A DNA stretch of 64,000 bases from Octopus sinensis (GCF_006345805.1 NC_043003.1:51336001-51400000), one strand, 5' to 3'. Shown: positions 13,582 to 25,016, counted from the stretch's first letter. The notes: generated by a model not told the origin, from the sequence alone. Numbers and translations are program-made.

Positions 13582-13935
13582 GGATCTTTACCTTTTGACC
13601 AACAGACTAAAAAAATTTTTTTGTAACTAAACACTTTCAAACTTCGTATACTGGTAGAATGTGTCACATAAAACATCTTTTACTCTTGGCGTTGTTGAGA
13701 AAATTCTGTATTTTGGAAGTTATTTCTTGTTAAAGTTGTATTTCGGTAATTTCAACCAATCAATGACATGTATTCAGTTGAATAAAATTACTGCCGTTGT
13801 TTGTCAACAACTATCGGCGGTGTATATTTCATTTGTCACTGTTATTTATGACATATTCTATAAGTATACGAAGTTTGAAAGTATTTAGTTACAAAAAATT
13901 ATTTTTTAAATCTGTCGGTCAAAAGGTAAATATCA
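13582..13935. mobile_element. MITE with ~70-bp imperfect TIRs
   Basis: GGATCTTTACCTTTTGACC..TTCAAACTTCGTATACT mirrored at 13862-13935; internal homology to 15726-16166. Confidence 0.75.
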
Positions 13936-14644
13936 GGACTGAATCTTTGTTAGTGATTTTAGTCTCCTCAAGTTGGACCAGAAGGCTGCAATTGGTTGGG
14001 TTGCATATTGGCGCGCAATAGAGCAAGAGACAAATTGCGCCAATACCAACCAATCAGAGTAGTGGACACAACAGGGTCTAAAAAGATCACCGAAGGCTAG
14101 CTGTTATCTACTACGTCCGTATTTATGTATATATAACAGAGAGAGAGTAGATTTTCCCTTAAGTCGTACGCTACAAATTTATCACTAGCTGGTGATTAAT
14201 ACACGTTGAGGATGGGTATCCACCTAGAAATTCGAGTCCGTGTGTCTCACGTAAGGCTAGGGATGGGAGCAAATACTAATCGGACACAGAAGGTGTGCCA
14301 TATTGTTATGTTTTAATACAGAATTATCCATGTGAAAACTCGTTCAGCCCGTCTAACTCGTCCGGCAATGATAGAGTGAATATGTGAACAATATATACTT
14401 AAAAATGCATGTTGATTAAAGCAGAACCCAAAACTCCACGTGCAAAACAAAGCAGTATGCAAATTAGAACTATTATTTGTACAAATTAACAAAATACAAA
14501 TACATTTACTAAACAAGGTAAAAGTCACCAAACTCAGTTCGATACCTAGTCAGAACTGAATTAGAGCAATATAACACACACACACAGACACATATATATA
14601 TATATATACATACATATATATATATATATGCATATATATTCGTT

Positions 14645-14835
14645 TATTCTTTTACTTGTTTCAGTCATTTGACTGCGAACATGCTGGAGCACAGCCTTTA
14701 GTCGAGGAAATCGCCCCTAGTACTTCTTCTTTGTGAGCTTAGTACTTATTTTATCGGTCTCTTATGCCGAACCGCTAAGTTATGGGGTCGTAAATACAAC
14801 ATCGTTTGCCAAACGATAGTAGGAAGACAAACACA
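14645..14835 (-). mobile_element. SINE family A, 3' half
   Basis: Reverse complement of the CCAGCATG..CAGTCAAATGACTGAAACAAGTAAAAG tail. Confidence 0.75.
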
Positions 14836-14904
14836 CACACACACATGCACATACACTCATACACACACACAAATGTATGTATGTATGTATATATATATTA
14901 TGTA

Positions 14905-14945
<41 letters not shown>

Positions 14946-15405
14946 TAAATAAGCGTAGAAATTGATATTAATCAATTAAAACCAGTGGCTTAGCATATTT
15001 TTTTTAAAATCCGAAGATTAAAAATTGTTTTACATACAAAATTTAGAGGACTGACCACTAAAAGTGGACAGCCTATATGCTAAACATAGACATCAAATCG
15101 CCATTACCACGAAGAATGTGTTCTCAAGAAAAATCTCAGAAAAAAAAACAAAATGTAAAAAGAAGCAAGACAAATGAAAATATACGAAATAAAAAAAATG
15201 ATTACCTATGTACCATTGGTTTCACGTGTTTGTATTTACGTGTATGGACATGCAAACATCTGCATGGTAGTTACCGATCTCAGCGTGCCAAAGTGATGAC
15301 ATTTGAAAGATACACTTAAATATAATTTGTAGAACTTTATACATGCTGGATTTCGGTTGAGCGTTCTGTATCTAGTTCTGGAAATTATGTTTTGTAGACG
15401 ACAGA

Positions 15406-15479
15406 CTATGCTGATGATCTTGCAGATGTTTGCGTGTTCATACACGTAAATATTAACAAGTGAAACCAATGGTACATAG
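15406..15479 (+). ncRNA. Type I hammerhead ribozyme (predicted)
   Basis: CTATG-CTGATGA-T-CTTG..hairpin..CAAG-T-GAAA-CCA-A-TGG-TA|CATAG: stem I 5 bp, canonical core, GUA cleavage triplet at 15472-15474. Confidence 0.85.
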
Positions 15480-15725
15480 GTAATTGTTTATTATTTCGTA
15501 TATTTTCATTTGTCTTGCTTATTTTTACATTTTTTTTTTCTTGCTGAGATTTTTCTTGAGAACACATTCTTTGTGGTAATGGCGATTTGACGTCTATGTT
15601 TAGCATGTAGGCTGTCCACTTTTAGTGGTCAGTCCTCTAAATTTTGTATCAAAACAATTTTTAATCTTCGGATTTAAAAAAAAAATATGCTAAGCCACTG
15701 GTTTTAATTGATTAATATCAATTTC

Positions 15726-16166
15726 GGATCTTTTCGGTTTGAACGGCAGTTTTTTAAAATAATTTCCACGTAACTAAACACTTTTAAACTTCGTATACTG
15801 GTAGAATGTGTTTATAAAACATCTTTTTCTCTTGGCTTTATTGAGAAAATTCTATAGTTTGTAAGATATTTGTTGTTGTTTTTTCTTCAATTTCTGCAAA
15901 TTCAACCAATCAATGACGTCTATTGAGGTAAAAAACAATCTGTACCGTATGAATATGTCCCTCATTTAAGAAACAGATTGGGTTTATTTACATTTCTGAA
16001 GAAAAAAAGATACTCTTCCCACCACCCTTAACCATAACCCTAACCCTAACTCTAACCCTAACCCTAAAACAGATTGAAATGCAATAGATCAATACTAGGA
16101 TCATAATTATGGGTGACAATTTCCTGACACCGCAAGAAAAAACTGCCGGTCAAATCGAAAAGAGCC
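15726..16166. mobile_element. MITE, 30-bp TIRs, 8-bp TSD, internal (CCCTAA)n
   Basis: TIR GG(A/C)TCTTTTCG(G/A)TTTGA(A/C)CGGCAGTTTTTT; TSD TCAATTTC at 15718-15725 and 16167-16174. Confidence 0.88.
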
Positions 16167-17185
16167 TCAATTTCTATCTACCCTTATTCAATTTTAAATT
16201 TTAAAATGTTCTCTAACCGGTAAATTGACTGCTGTAGTTTATTAACTGCAGGGTAGTTTCCGATCTCAGCGTGCCAAAGTGAAGACATTTGAAAGATACA
16301 CTTAAATATAATTTGTAGAACTTTATACATACAGATCCATCTGCAAAATGAGCATTATTTATAATTCAATGGTACAACACTGTAAGAGTTTGCTTTGAGA
16401 TATACTTAGATTTACCCTGTTTGACAACTATTGGAAATAAACAAACATAGGAGTCCCTACATGGTCCCTACTAGAAATAGCAGCCACATATCACACTACT
16501 ATCTTAAAATAAAGGCAGGACACATTGGTTAAAATAGACCTATGTATGGTATACCCAAAGATATGTCATGAGCGGAAATGCCTGTGATCGTAGGCTGATC
16601 TGAGGCTAAACACCTCCTATAACAACCATCAAAAGCATTTCTTACCATTTGCTGTTGTTGTTTACCCCAAGATTAGCCACGATCTGCTAACCTATGATAA
16701 AAGATATTTTAACCATGACCATCCCAGGCTACATAATCCTATGTCTTTTTTGTTTTCAATGGCAGTGTGTGAGTTTAGAGAAAATATCAGGTTATGTGAA
16801 CACGATGTTGTTTATGATCAGGCGGTCCTATTGTTAAAGACATTATGTCAAGACTTTTTTAGATGTAGAAATGTCATATTTTATGTCTTTTCTTTGCTTT
16901 GTTTAGCCAAGTAGGTGCAGACGTGACACATCAACACATGCGTTCCAACTATAATCACCCCTCTTTTTATCTTATTCTACACAAGGTATCTGGGAAAACA
17001 TTTCTCAATGTGCCTTTCTTTTTAAGACGATAGAGTGTGATTTGACGAAGAGCAGCCAAACACCGCCACCACCACCAAATTGTCACACAGAAGACCGTTA
17101 CTAAGTCTACATTGTAGAGTTGTGAATACAACCAACAACTTCAAAAGACAGATATATATTTGCATAGCAAGTATTTTTATCTCTA

Positions 17186-17349
17186 CACTCGCGGAGTGGT
17201 TGGCGTTAGGAAGGGCATCCAGCTGTAGAAACACTGCCAGATCTGACTGGGCCTGGTGCAGCCTTCGGGCTTCCCAGACCCCAGTCGAACCGTCCAACCC
17301 ATGCTAGCATGGAAAGCGGACGTTAAACGATGATGATGATCATCATCAT
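17186..17349 (+). mobile_element. RTE-tail-type short retroposon (family D) with (GAT)n tail
   Basis: GAGTGGTTGGCGTTAGGAAGGGCATCCAG...GGACGTTAAACGATGATGAT; related copies at 26.3, 38.3, 46.7 and 57.3 kb. Confidence 0.75.
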
Positions 17350-17640
17350 GTGCTGAAACTAAAGCAATTGCAAAAGACACAAGCTAGCCATTCAGAAATG
17401 CACAAAGACTGTTTTCTTCACTAAAACATTTACTTGTAACATGGCGACAAATTTTTCGTTGCTTGAAACTGCGATCTGTTCACTGACAAAAAAATTCTGC
17501 TGCATCAGAGAATAGCATTTCTGTCAGTGGCGGCTCATGTGTAGGCACTGCAGCACCCCCTATTTCCACTCGATATTATTGATAACATTCAATTTCTTTC
17601 TTTATACATGTACGTTATATAATCCTTAAGATTTAAAAGA

Positions 17641-18042
17641 TTTTTTTCTATTCTAGGCATAAGGCCCGAAATTTTGGGGGAGTGGGGGCAGTCGACTAAA
17701 TTGACCCCAATACGCAACTGGTACTTAATTCATCGACCCTGAAAGGATGAAAGGTAAAATCGACCTAGGCGGAATTTGAACTCAGAACATATAGATGGGC
17801 GAAATACCTATTTCTTTACTACCCACAAGGGGCTAAACTCGGAGAGGACAAACAAGGACAGACACACGGATTAAGTCGATTATATCGACCCCCAGTGCGT
17901 AACTGGTACTTATTTCATCGACCCCGAAAGGATGAAAGGCAAAGTTGACCTCGGCAGAATTTGAACTCAGAATGTAGCGGCAGACGAAATACTGCTAAGC
18001 ATTTTACCCGGCGTGCTAACGTTTCTGCCAGCTCGCCGCCTT
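17641..18042 (-). mobile_element. tRNA-related SINE family B, dimeric form
   Basis: Two GAGTTCAAATT B-box-like units, each followed by TTTCATCCTTTC.GGGTCGAT..AAGTACCAGTT. Confidence 0.85.
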
Positions 18043-18973
18043 TCTATAATGCTTACGATTAATACCAGTTGCCTAGTTTATGAAAAAATACAAAAATCCT
18101 TGTATACAACTGTGAGCTTCACACTTCCAGCGATGCAGTGTTTGGTTGTTGTGTGTATGCTCATGAATCCAAGATAGGAAGCTTCACGCTAAGAAGAGAG
18201 AGCACTGGATTCACGCAGTACCATCCCCAGTGTGCTGGTGAAAGGTCGTGTTTCTTTTTCACTCTGTGTCTTGTGTTTAAAAACATGTTTATATTCTTGA
18301 AAATGATAGTATCGAATTAGATTATTATCCTGCTTCCAGCTTCAGTGTTGCTGCCAGGATTTGAAAAATCGGGCACATTCCCCCCACCCCTTATTTTGTG
18401 ATTTAGGTGGAATTTTTGAAAAACAAGGGGGAATTCACGGTGAGTTCAGTGAACAAATTAAACAAACAATCCGGCAGAGGCTAAAACGTGAACCAATCAA
18501 GTTTATGTATAAATATTCTTTTTATATGTTTGTTTCATTTTACACAATATTAAAACAATGGCTAAAAATATTCTGAAGCAGCACCCCAATTTGGTAATAA
18601 AAACACAAGCTGCTAGTCTCAGATCTCGAGGAGTAATTTTCATATTTATTTTTATATATTTCATAGCTTTTGTTAGAGAAGGGAGGAAAGAGTCATTGAT
18701 TTTGTAGGTTCACTTGATTGAGCAGAGGGTTGCTTGCAGTGTTGGTGCAGACATGGCCGTATGGTTAAGAAGTTGTTTTGTGACCACATAGTTTCAGGTT
18801 TAGTGCCAGGCCAATCAATAATTTTTTAGTGAATTTGATTGATGGAAACTATGAAGAAATCCATCATTTTTCTTTCTAAGGGGTTTTTCAGCCCAATGTT
18901 TAGAGACTATAATTTTATAGCTTACCTCACTGTTCTCAATAAATATATATATATATATATTATATATAAATAT

Positions 18974-19015
<42 letters not shown>

Positions 19016-19024
19016 TATATATAT

Positions 19025-19114
<90 letters not shown>

Positions 19115-19202
19115 ATTGAGGTAATCAGATCAGATGGTTCATATTTGTAGATATTTATTTATATATTACATTTTTTACATATATATCATATCATATCATT
19201 CG

Positions 19203-19253
19203 GATTTCGGATTAGCGCTTGCTCCCATTCTAGTGGGCTTTTCAAATCAAATC
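19203..19253 (-). ncRNA. Hammerhead-like variant in Penelope 3' arm (copy 1)
   Basis: GATTT-GAT-TTGAAAA-GCCCA-CTAGAA-TGGGA-GCAA-GCGCT-A|ATC-CG-AAATC; U3-A8 core but A at 11.1 and C at 13. Confidence 0.5.
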
Positions 19254-19608
19254 AGTTGTGGGAAGTTTGAACATTTTATAGTTTTGTAGTAGTGGGTGAG
19301 GAGGAAGTGAGACAGAGAAAAAAATGTGTGTATGTGTATGTGTGTGTGTATATGTGTGTGTGCGTGTGTGTGTGTGTGTGTGTGTGCGCGTTTATATCTG
19401 AGAGTGAAGAAGTGTTATTTCCGTTGGTCTACTGGACCGCCTGTGGTTTTATAAGAACTTTGGCCGTCCATTTCGATGTCACTGAGTGTGTGTTGTGCGT
19501 AGGTTGGCCTGGCAAATGTCATTTGGGGTCACACTTTCTATGATCATTCTGTGGAGGTGTGTGTGTGTGTGTCTCTGTGTGTCCGTGTGTGTTTTTGTGT
19601 GCGTGCGC

Positions 19609-19639
<31 letters not shown>

Positions 19640-20150
19640 TGTGTGTCTGTGTGTTTTGAGAAGGGGAGAGAGACAAAAAGAGAAAAGGGAAAATAAAAAA
19701 ATAATAATAAAAATAAAAAAATAAAAAATATAGAAATATAAAAATAAAAAAAAATATAAAAATTAAAAAAAAAATATAAAGAATAAATAAAAATATAAAA
19801 AATAAAAAATAAAAAATAAAAAAATAAAAAAATAAAAATAAAAATAAGGGAGGAAGTGGAGAAGAAAAAATATTTTTGTGTGTTGATATTTATACCAACA
19901 CATATATATACACACACACAGACTTATACATAAAATATTTGAAAAAACCTTTTTATCGGTTCAAAATGAACAACCAAATTATACCATCTTGAAAATTGTA
20001 TATCATAGGAAAGTTAAAATTAAAGTGACAATTAAAAGGTAAAGATGGAAGTGAATTATAAAGATAATAATATAATATGATGTATATAACAGGCAATACA
20101 CACATCTACACACACACAGATTTGTCCTTCAATGTATGTTGAGTAAAGTT

Positions 20151-21540
20151 TCAGCCATTTAATTTGGGGGAGAACTTAGCTATGAAATGTTTTTCCATAT
20201 TCCTCCTGAAGGGGGTGTCGTTCTTCGGACACTTGTAGAAGGTAAATATCTTAAATTTTCCTTCTCCACATGTAGCTAGGTGTGTGCTTAGTGGTATTTT
20301 GCGTAGTTCTTCCTGCCGAATATGTTGTCGGTGGATCCTGGCTCGCTGGCACAAAGAATTACCAGTTTCACCTACGTAATTCTCCTTGCACGTGGGGCAG
20401 GTTATGCAGTATATGACGTTCTGCGTCTTGCAGTTCATATCTGCATTTACTTTGAATATGACACCATTTTTAAATCTTATCTCTCTGTTGCTCTCTATGT
20501 ATTTGTAGGTGGGGTTGCTGCAGGTCCCACATCTACATCTCCGCACTCTTTTGCAAAGAATTCCGTTTTAGTTTCTGAAGAGAATTTCGCTCTTGTTAGG
20601 TGTTTTTTTAGGTTTTTGTCCTGTCGTCTACTGTTTTTTATGCTATATTTGTTTAATATGTTTTTCATTTTGGGGCTCTGTAAGGCTATTGGTAGGTTTG
20701 AATGTATGGTTTGGAAGATGTTGGTAACTCCAGGGTTGTGTGTGTTTATAAAAGGGATAGTGTTTTCTTTGTTTTTTGTTTTGGGTGTCCTGAGTTGTGT
20801 GATGTCTAGTTTTAATGCTCTTGTGATTCCATTTTCTATTAGCTTAAGGGGGTATTTTTGCTCTAGGAGGAAGCTTTTGAGTTCATCTAGTCTTATTAAT
20901 CGTATTTGTGAATCAGTTACTATGCTACATATTCGTCGTGCCATACTATATGGGATGTTTCTTTTTGTGTGGGATGGGTGGCAGGAGTGGAAATTTAAGT
21001 ATTGATGTGTGTCAGTTTTTTTGTAGTGGATGTCTGTTGTGACGATGGAGTTGTGTATTTTGATGTTGATGTCTAGGAAGGGAAGTTCGTTGTGGCTGGT
21101 ATCTATTGTGAAATTGATAGATGGGTGCAGCGTATTGAGGATGTTGTGGAATGTTTGTAGGTCCTCTTCTGATCTGTTCCAAAAGATGAAACAGTCATCG
21201 AGGTAGCGTTTCCACTTTTTCTTGATGTCTTCTCTGAAGTCGTGTTCGAAGACTTTCCCTATTTCGTCATATAGTTTTTTCTCCAGGAAGCCCATCACCA
21301 GGTTGGCATATGAAGGTGCGAATTTTGTACCCATAGCCGTCCCTTTTATCTGTCGGTAGTATTAGTTGGGTGGCTTGGGTGATAAAGTTTGTCTTGAAGC
21401 GTTCGTCTATAAGTTCTCTGTATTTTTCTATTGATTGTTTTATAGCTTCTAGACCTAGGGTGTGTGGTATGTTTGTGTATAGATTTGTGACATCAAAGCT
21501 TGCAACTATAGTGTTTTTCGGGACTGTATTTGGAATCTTA
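20151..21540 (-). pseudogene. Penelope-type reverse transcriptase + GIY-YIG endonuclease (truncated, frameshifted)
   Basis: ORFs 20495-21334 and 20151-20546 plus an upstream motif-A segment to 21540. Confidence 0.9.
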
Positions 21541-21739
21541 TAAAACCACAGGCGGTCCAGTAGACCAACGGAAATAACACTTCTTCACTCTCAGATATAA
21601 ACGCGCACACACACACACACACACGCACACACACATATACACACACACACACACATACACATACACACATTTTTTCTCTGTCTCACTTCTTCCTCACCCA
21701 CTACTACAAAACTATAAAATGTTCAAACTTCCCACAACT

Positions 21740-21790
21740 GATTTGATTTGAAAAGCCCACTAGAATGGGAGCAAGCGCTAATCCGAAATC
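21740..21790 (+). ncRNA. Hammerhead-like variant in Penelope inverted arm (copy 2)
   Basis: Identical to the 19203-19253 motif, on the plus strand. Confidence 0.5.
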
Positions 21791-21922
21791 CGAATGATAT
21801 GATATGATATATATGTAAAAAATGTAATATATAAATAAATATCTACAAATATGAACCATCTGATCTGATTACCTCAATTTTTCTAATATATAATACCTGT
21901 ACATCATCTCCAAACCTTCCGA

Positions 21923-21977
<55 letters not shown>

Positions 21978-21981
<4 letters not shown>

Positions 21982-22640
21982 GAAGGTTTGAAAATGAAAA
22001 TGCAATTTAAAGATGTTTTATTACTTAACCGGTTTCACTCTTGGTAAAAGATTGTCAAAAGTAACATTGAATATTATGGGTTCAAAAAGTTTTTTACATA
22101 ATTGTCACATTGAATATTATGAATTCAAAAATGTTTTTTTATACATAATTGTCACATGACATGTATAATATAGTGTTTGGTAACAGAGATATGTTAAGGG
22201 CATAAAAAAGTTCAATAGTGTGATGAGAATATTGGAAAAAATGGCAGAAGGCAGAAAAGAATAAAACAAATATATTATTGGAAATTTGGTTGCGTTAATT
22301 ATTGGTTGTCGCAAATTGTCACTTACATGTATATATATACAGTCTTTGGTAGAAAGGACATGTTAAAGACAAGGAAGTGTAATAGTTTGGTGAGAAAGTT
22401 TGTAATATTGACAGAGAAACTTAAAATGGATATTTTATACATCGCAGAATATTTTGAAATGAAGGCGAGAATTTGTTTTTACTGACCTGTTTGTTTTAGC
22501 AGAAAAGTTGAATTGAGAGAAAAAGATGTGTACCCAGTTTTGTGTATGTTCCCTTCAAGCATCAATGATTTTGGGTTATCGGGAGGTGAGTATGCGGGTG
22601 TGAATAGAGTGTCCGTGTGCCTGTGGTCAGACGGCGTCTG
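21978..22640 (-). mobile_element. Second, older Penelope-like 3' relic
   Basis: Minus ORF ends LMLEGNIHKTGYTSFSLNSTF (weak GIY-YIG C-terminal resemblance); AT-rich UTR with internal repeats, HHR near the end, (TA)n flank. Confidence 0.45.
22021..22064 (-). ncRNA. Minimal type I hammerhead ribozyme, U3-A8 variant (predicted)
   Basis: TTACTT-TTGACAA-T-CTTTT-ACC-AAGAG-T-GAAA-CCGG-TT|AAGTAA: 6-bp stem I, palindromic stem III ACCGGT, GUU triplet. Confidence 0.75.
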
Positions 22641-22815
22641 TTTGTCAAACACATATATAACACACACAACAACACACAACACACACACGTAGCATACAAC
22701 ACACACCACATACACAACAACACACACACACACAGAACACACACATACACATGTTGTTGTATATAAATATATATATATCTATTATATTGATATATATATA
22801 TATATTTATTACAAC

Positions 22816-23098
22816 AACAATTGCAGCGTGGAGGGGTTGATAAGCCATTTAAGAAACACACAAAAGCCGTTCGATTCACTTCAACATTTAAGTTTAATTT
22901 GTCAAAATATTTTCGTCGCTAAAATCCGCGACCTGTTCAATGACAAAGTCCGTGCTGCACGGACTTTGTCAGTGAACAGGTCGCGGATTTTAGCGACGAA
23001 AATATTTTGACAAATTGAAACTTAAATGTTGAAGTGAATCGAACAGCTTTTGTGTGTTTCTTAAATGGCTTATAAACACCTTCCACGCTGCAATTGTT
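22816..23098. mobile_element. Near-perfect ~280-bp palindromic MITE
   Basis: Arms mirror around GTCCGTGC-T-GCACGGAC (centre 22956); degenerate half-copy at ~17388-17530. Confidence 0.85.
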
Positions 23099-23167
23099 TT
23101 CCTTTCAGCACACGATCTCGATCAAATTACTTGCTATGCGAGTACACATCCGTAATATATTATATAG

Positions 23168-23252
<85 letters not shown>

Positions 23253-23303
23253 GTATTTATATATAGATATATATTAATATATATTATATATTTATATATA
23301 TAT

Positions 23304-23335
<32 letters not shown>

Positions 23336-23379
23336 GATATATATATATATATATATATTAAATATATATAATATATATA

Positions 23380-24623
23380 CGAGGGGCGTTCAATACGTTA
23401 ATGCCCCTGACCACTTTCCATAGAAGTAGAGCAACGACACTTGGCACAGTTATTAGTCTTTTCCACATAGGGAAACTACCCAGAGTTATGCATTTCTCCC
23501 ATCGTTTGATACAGGTCTGGAGACCGTTTTAGTAGAAGACCCCAGCTTGGTCCTCCAACCACGACGTGACTTCAGAAATCAAGGCTGCATCATCTGGGAA
23601 ACGCTTTCCTTTCAAAATCAACTTCATGGCTGGGAAGAGGTGAAAATCAGAGAGTGCAAGGGGAGGAGTTCATAGCTGCACGCCTGTGCTTCTGATCTGG
23701 CGACACGCGAGTTGTGGACCGGAGCGTTGTCCTGCAGGAGGAGGATGCCTTTGCTGATCTTGCCCCGCCTCTTGATTTTGATAGCTTCTCTTAATTTCCT
23801 CAAAAGTGAAGCATAATAGGCTCCTGTAATTGTGGTACCTTTGCCAGGAAATCTGTCATCACTACTCCGTCCTAGTCCCAGAAGACTGTGAGCATAACTT
23901 GTCAGCGGAGGGCTGCACCCTGCCTTCTTTGGAGGAGGTGAGTCACGGTGCTTTCACTGCATTGACTGGGCTTTGGTCTATGGATCATAGTGATGGACCC
24001 AGGTTTTATCCTGTGTGATCAGTCTTTTGAAAAATATTGACTCATCTTCTTGGCACATCTCCAATTCTTCCTCGAGCACTCAACGCGTTCTTGCTTCTGG
24101 AAAGGTGTGAGCAACCTGGAATCCATCTGGCAGACACTTTTGCATATGCAAATGGTCATGAATGATAGTTTCCACAGAGCCGGTACATCTTGACCTTATG
24201 GGCTATTTGGCGAATAGTTATGCGTCGATCTTCCAAAATGGCAGCCTCAACTTGACGGACAGACGTCTCATCAACAGCAGAAGGGGGCTACCAGATCTGG
24301 GAGCTGTTTCCACATAGTTCCGACTATGTTTGAATTCACAATGCCAGCGTTTTACAAGGTCATATGATGGGGCATTCATCACCATAAGTTACTTTCATTT
24401 CATCAAAAGTCTCCCGTGGGTGCGTCCTTTCAAATAAAAAACCAGATCACTGCTCAACACTCAACAGGCTCCATTTCACATTGACTCAGTTCAAACACCT
24501 GTATATCAGAAACCACAATTAGCTCACTTAATCTATAGAGGTATAAACAAGTGCACATGCAAAATTTCAGCTAGGTCAAACAAAGGCAAGTGGTCAGGGG
24601 CATTACTTATTGAACGCCCCTCG
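23380..24623 (-). mobile_element. Full-length-sized mariner (Tc1/mariner) transposon, decayed transposase
   Basis: TIR CGAGGGGCGTTCAATA.GT.AATGCCCCTGACCAC at both ends, TA on left; minus frame MEPVEC..KRWH.EFK..APRSG.P, VFWD, LLQDNAP with stops and frameshifts. Confidence 0.9.
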
Positions 24624-24779
24624 AATATATATATTTATATATATATTTATATATATATATATATAAATATCTATAATATATTTATATATATATATATTAA
24701 ATATATATATATATAAATATATATATCTATATATATAGAAATATATATATATATAAAATATATAAATATATATATATAT

Positions 24780-25016
24780 ATCTATACAATATGTACATTA
24801 CTCGGTAGTCAAGATAAAACTCTGAGTTTCAGATGCCGAAGTGGAAATCCACAACACCATCTCTTCGGTTATATGGTGTTGTGGATTTCCACTTCGGCAT
24901 CTGAAACTCAGAGTTTTATCTGACTACCGAGTAATGTAACATATTGTATAGATAAATTTCCTCTATTTACAATAATATTGAGGTCTCTTTCTTCTTTTGT
25001 TATCTTACCGTTTTAT

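Larger units (their letters stand above)
14956..16176 (+). mobile_element. Hammerhead-bearing fold-back element (inverted ~310-bp arms), interrupted by a MITE
   Basis: 14956-15264 is the reverse complement of 15421-15725 + 16167-16176; related to 37960-38270. Confidence 0.8.
19102..21890 (-). mobile_element. Penelope-like element, 5'-truncated, with inverted copy of its 3' end
   Basis: RT motifs SFDVTNLYTNIP, GTAMG, RYLDD; GIY-YIG motif VIYCITCPTC..YVGET; 19102-19456 and 21536-21890 are near-identical inverted arms; (TA)n tract at left end, AT-rich at right. Confidence 0.92.

Noticed and set aside
16025-16067. True telomere or fusion scar
   Set aside because: Short, degenerate and enclosed by MITE TIRs and a TSD
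20322-21005. 227-aa plus-strand ORF
   Set aside because: Antisense shadow of the Penelope ORF with low-complexity composition
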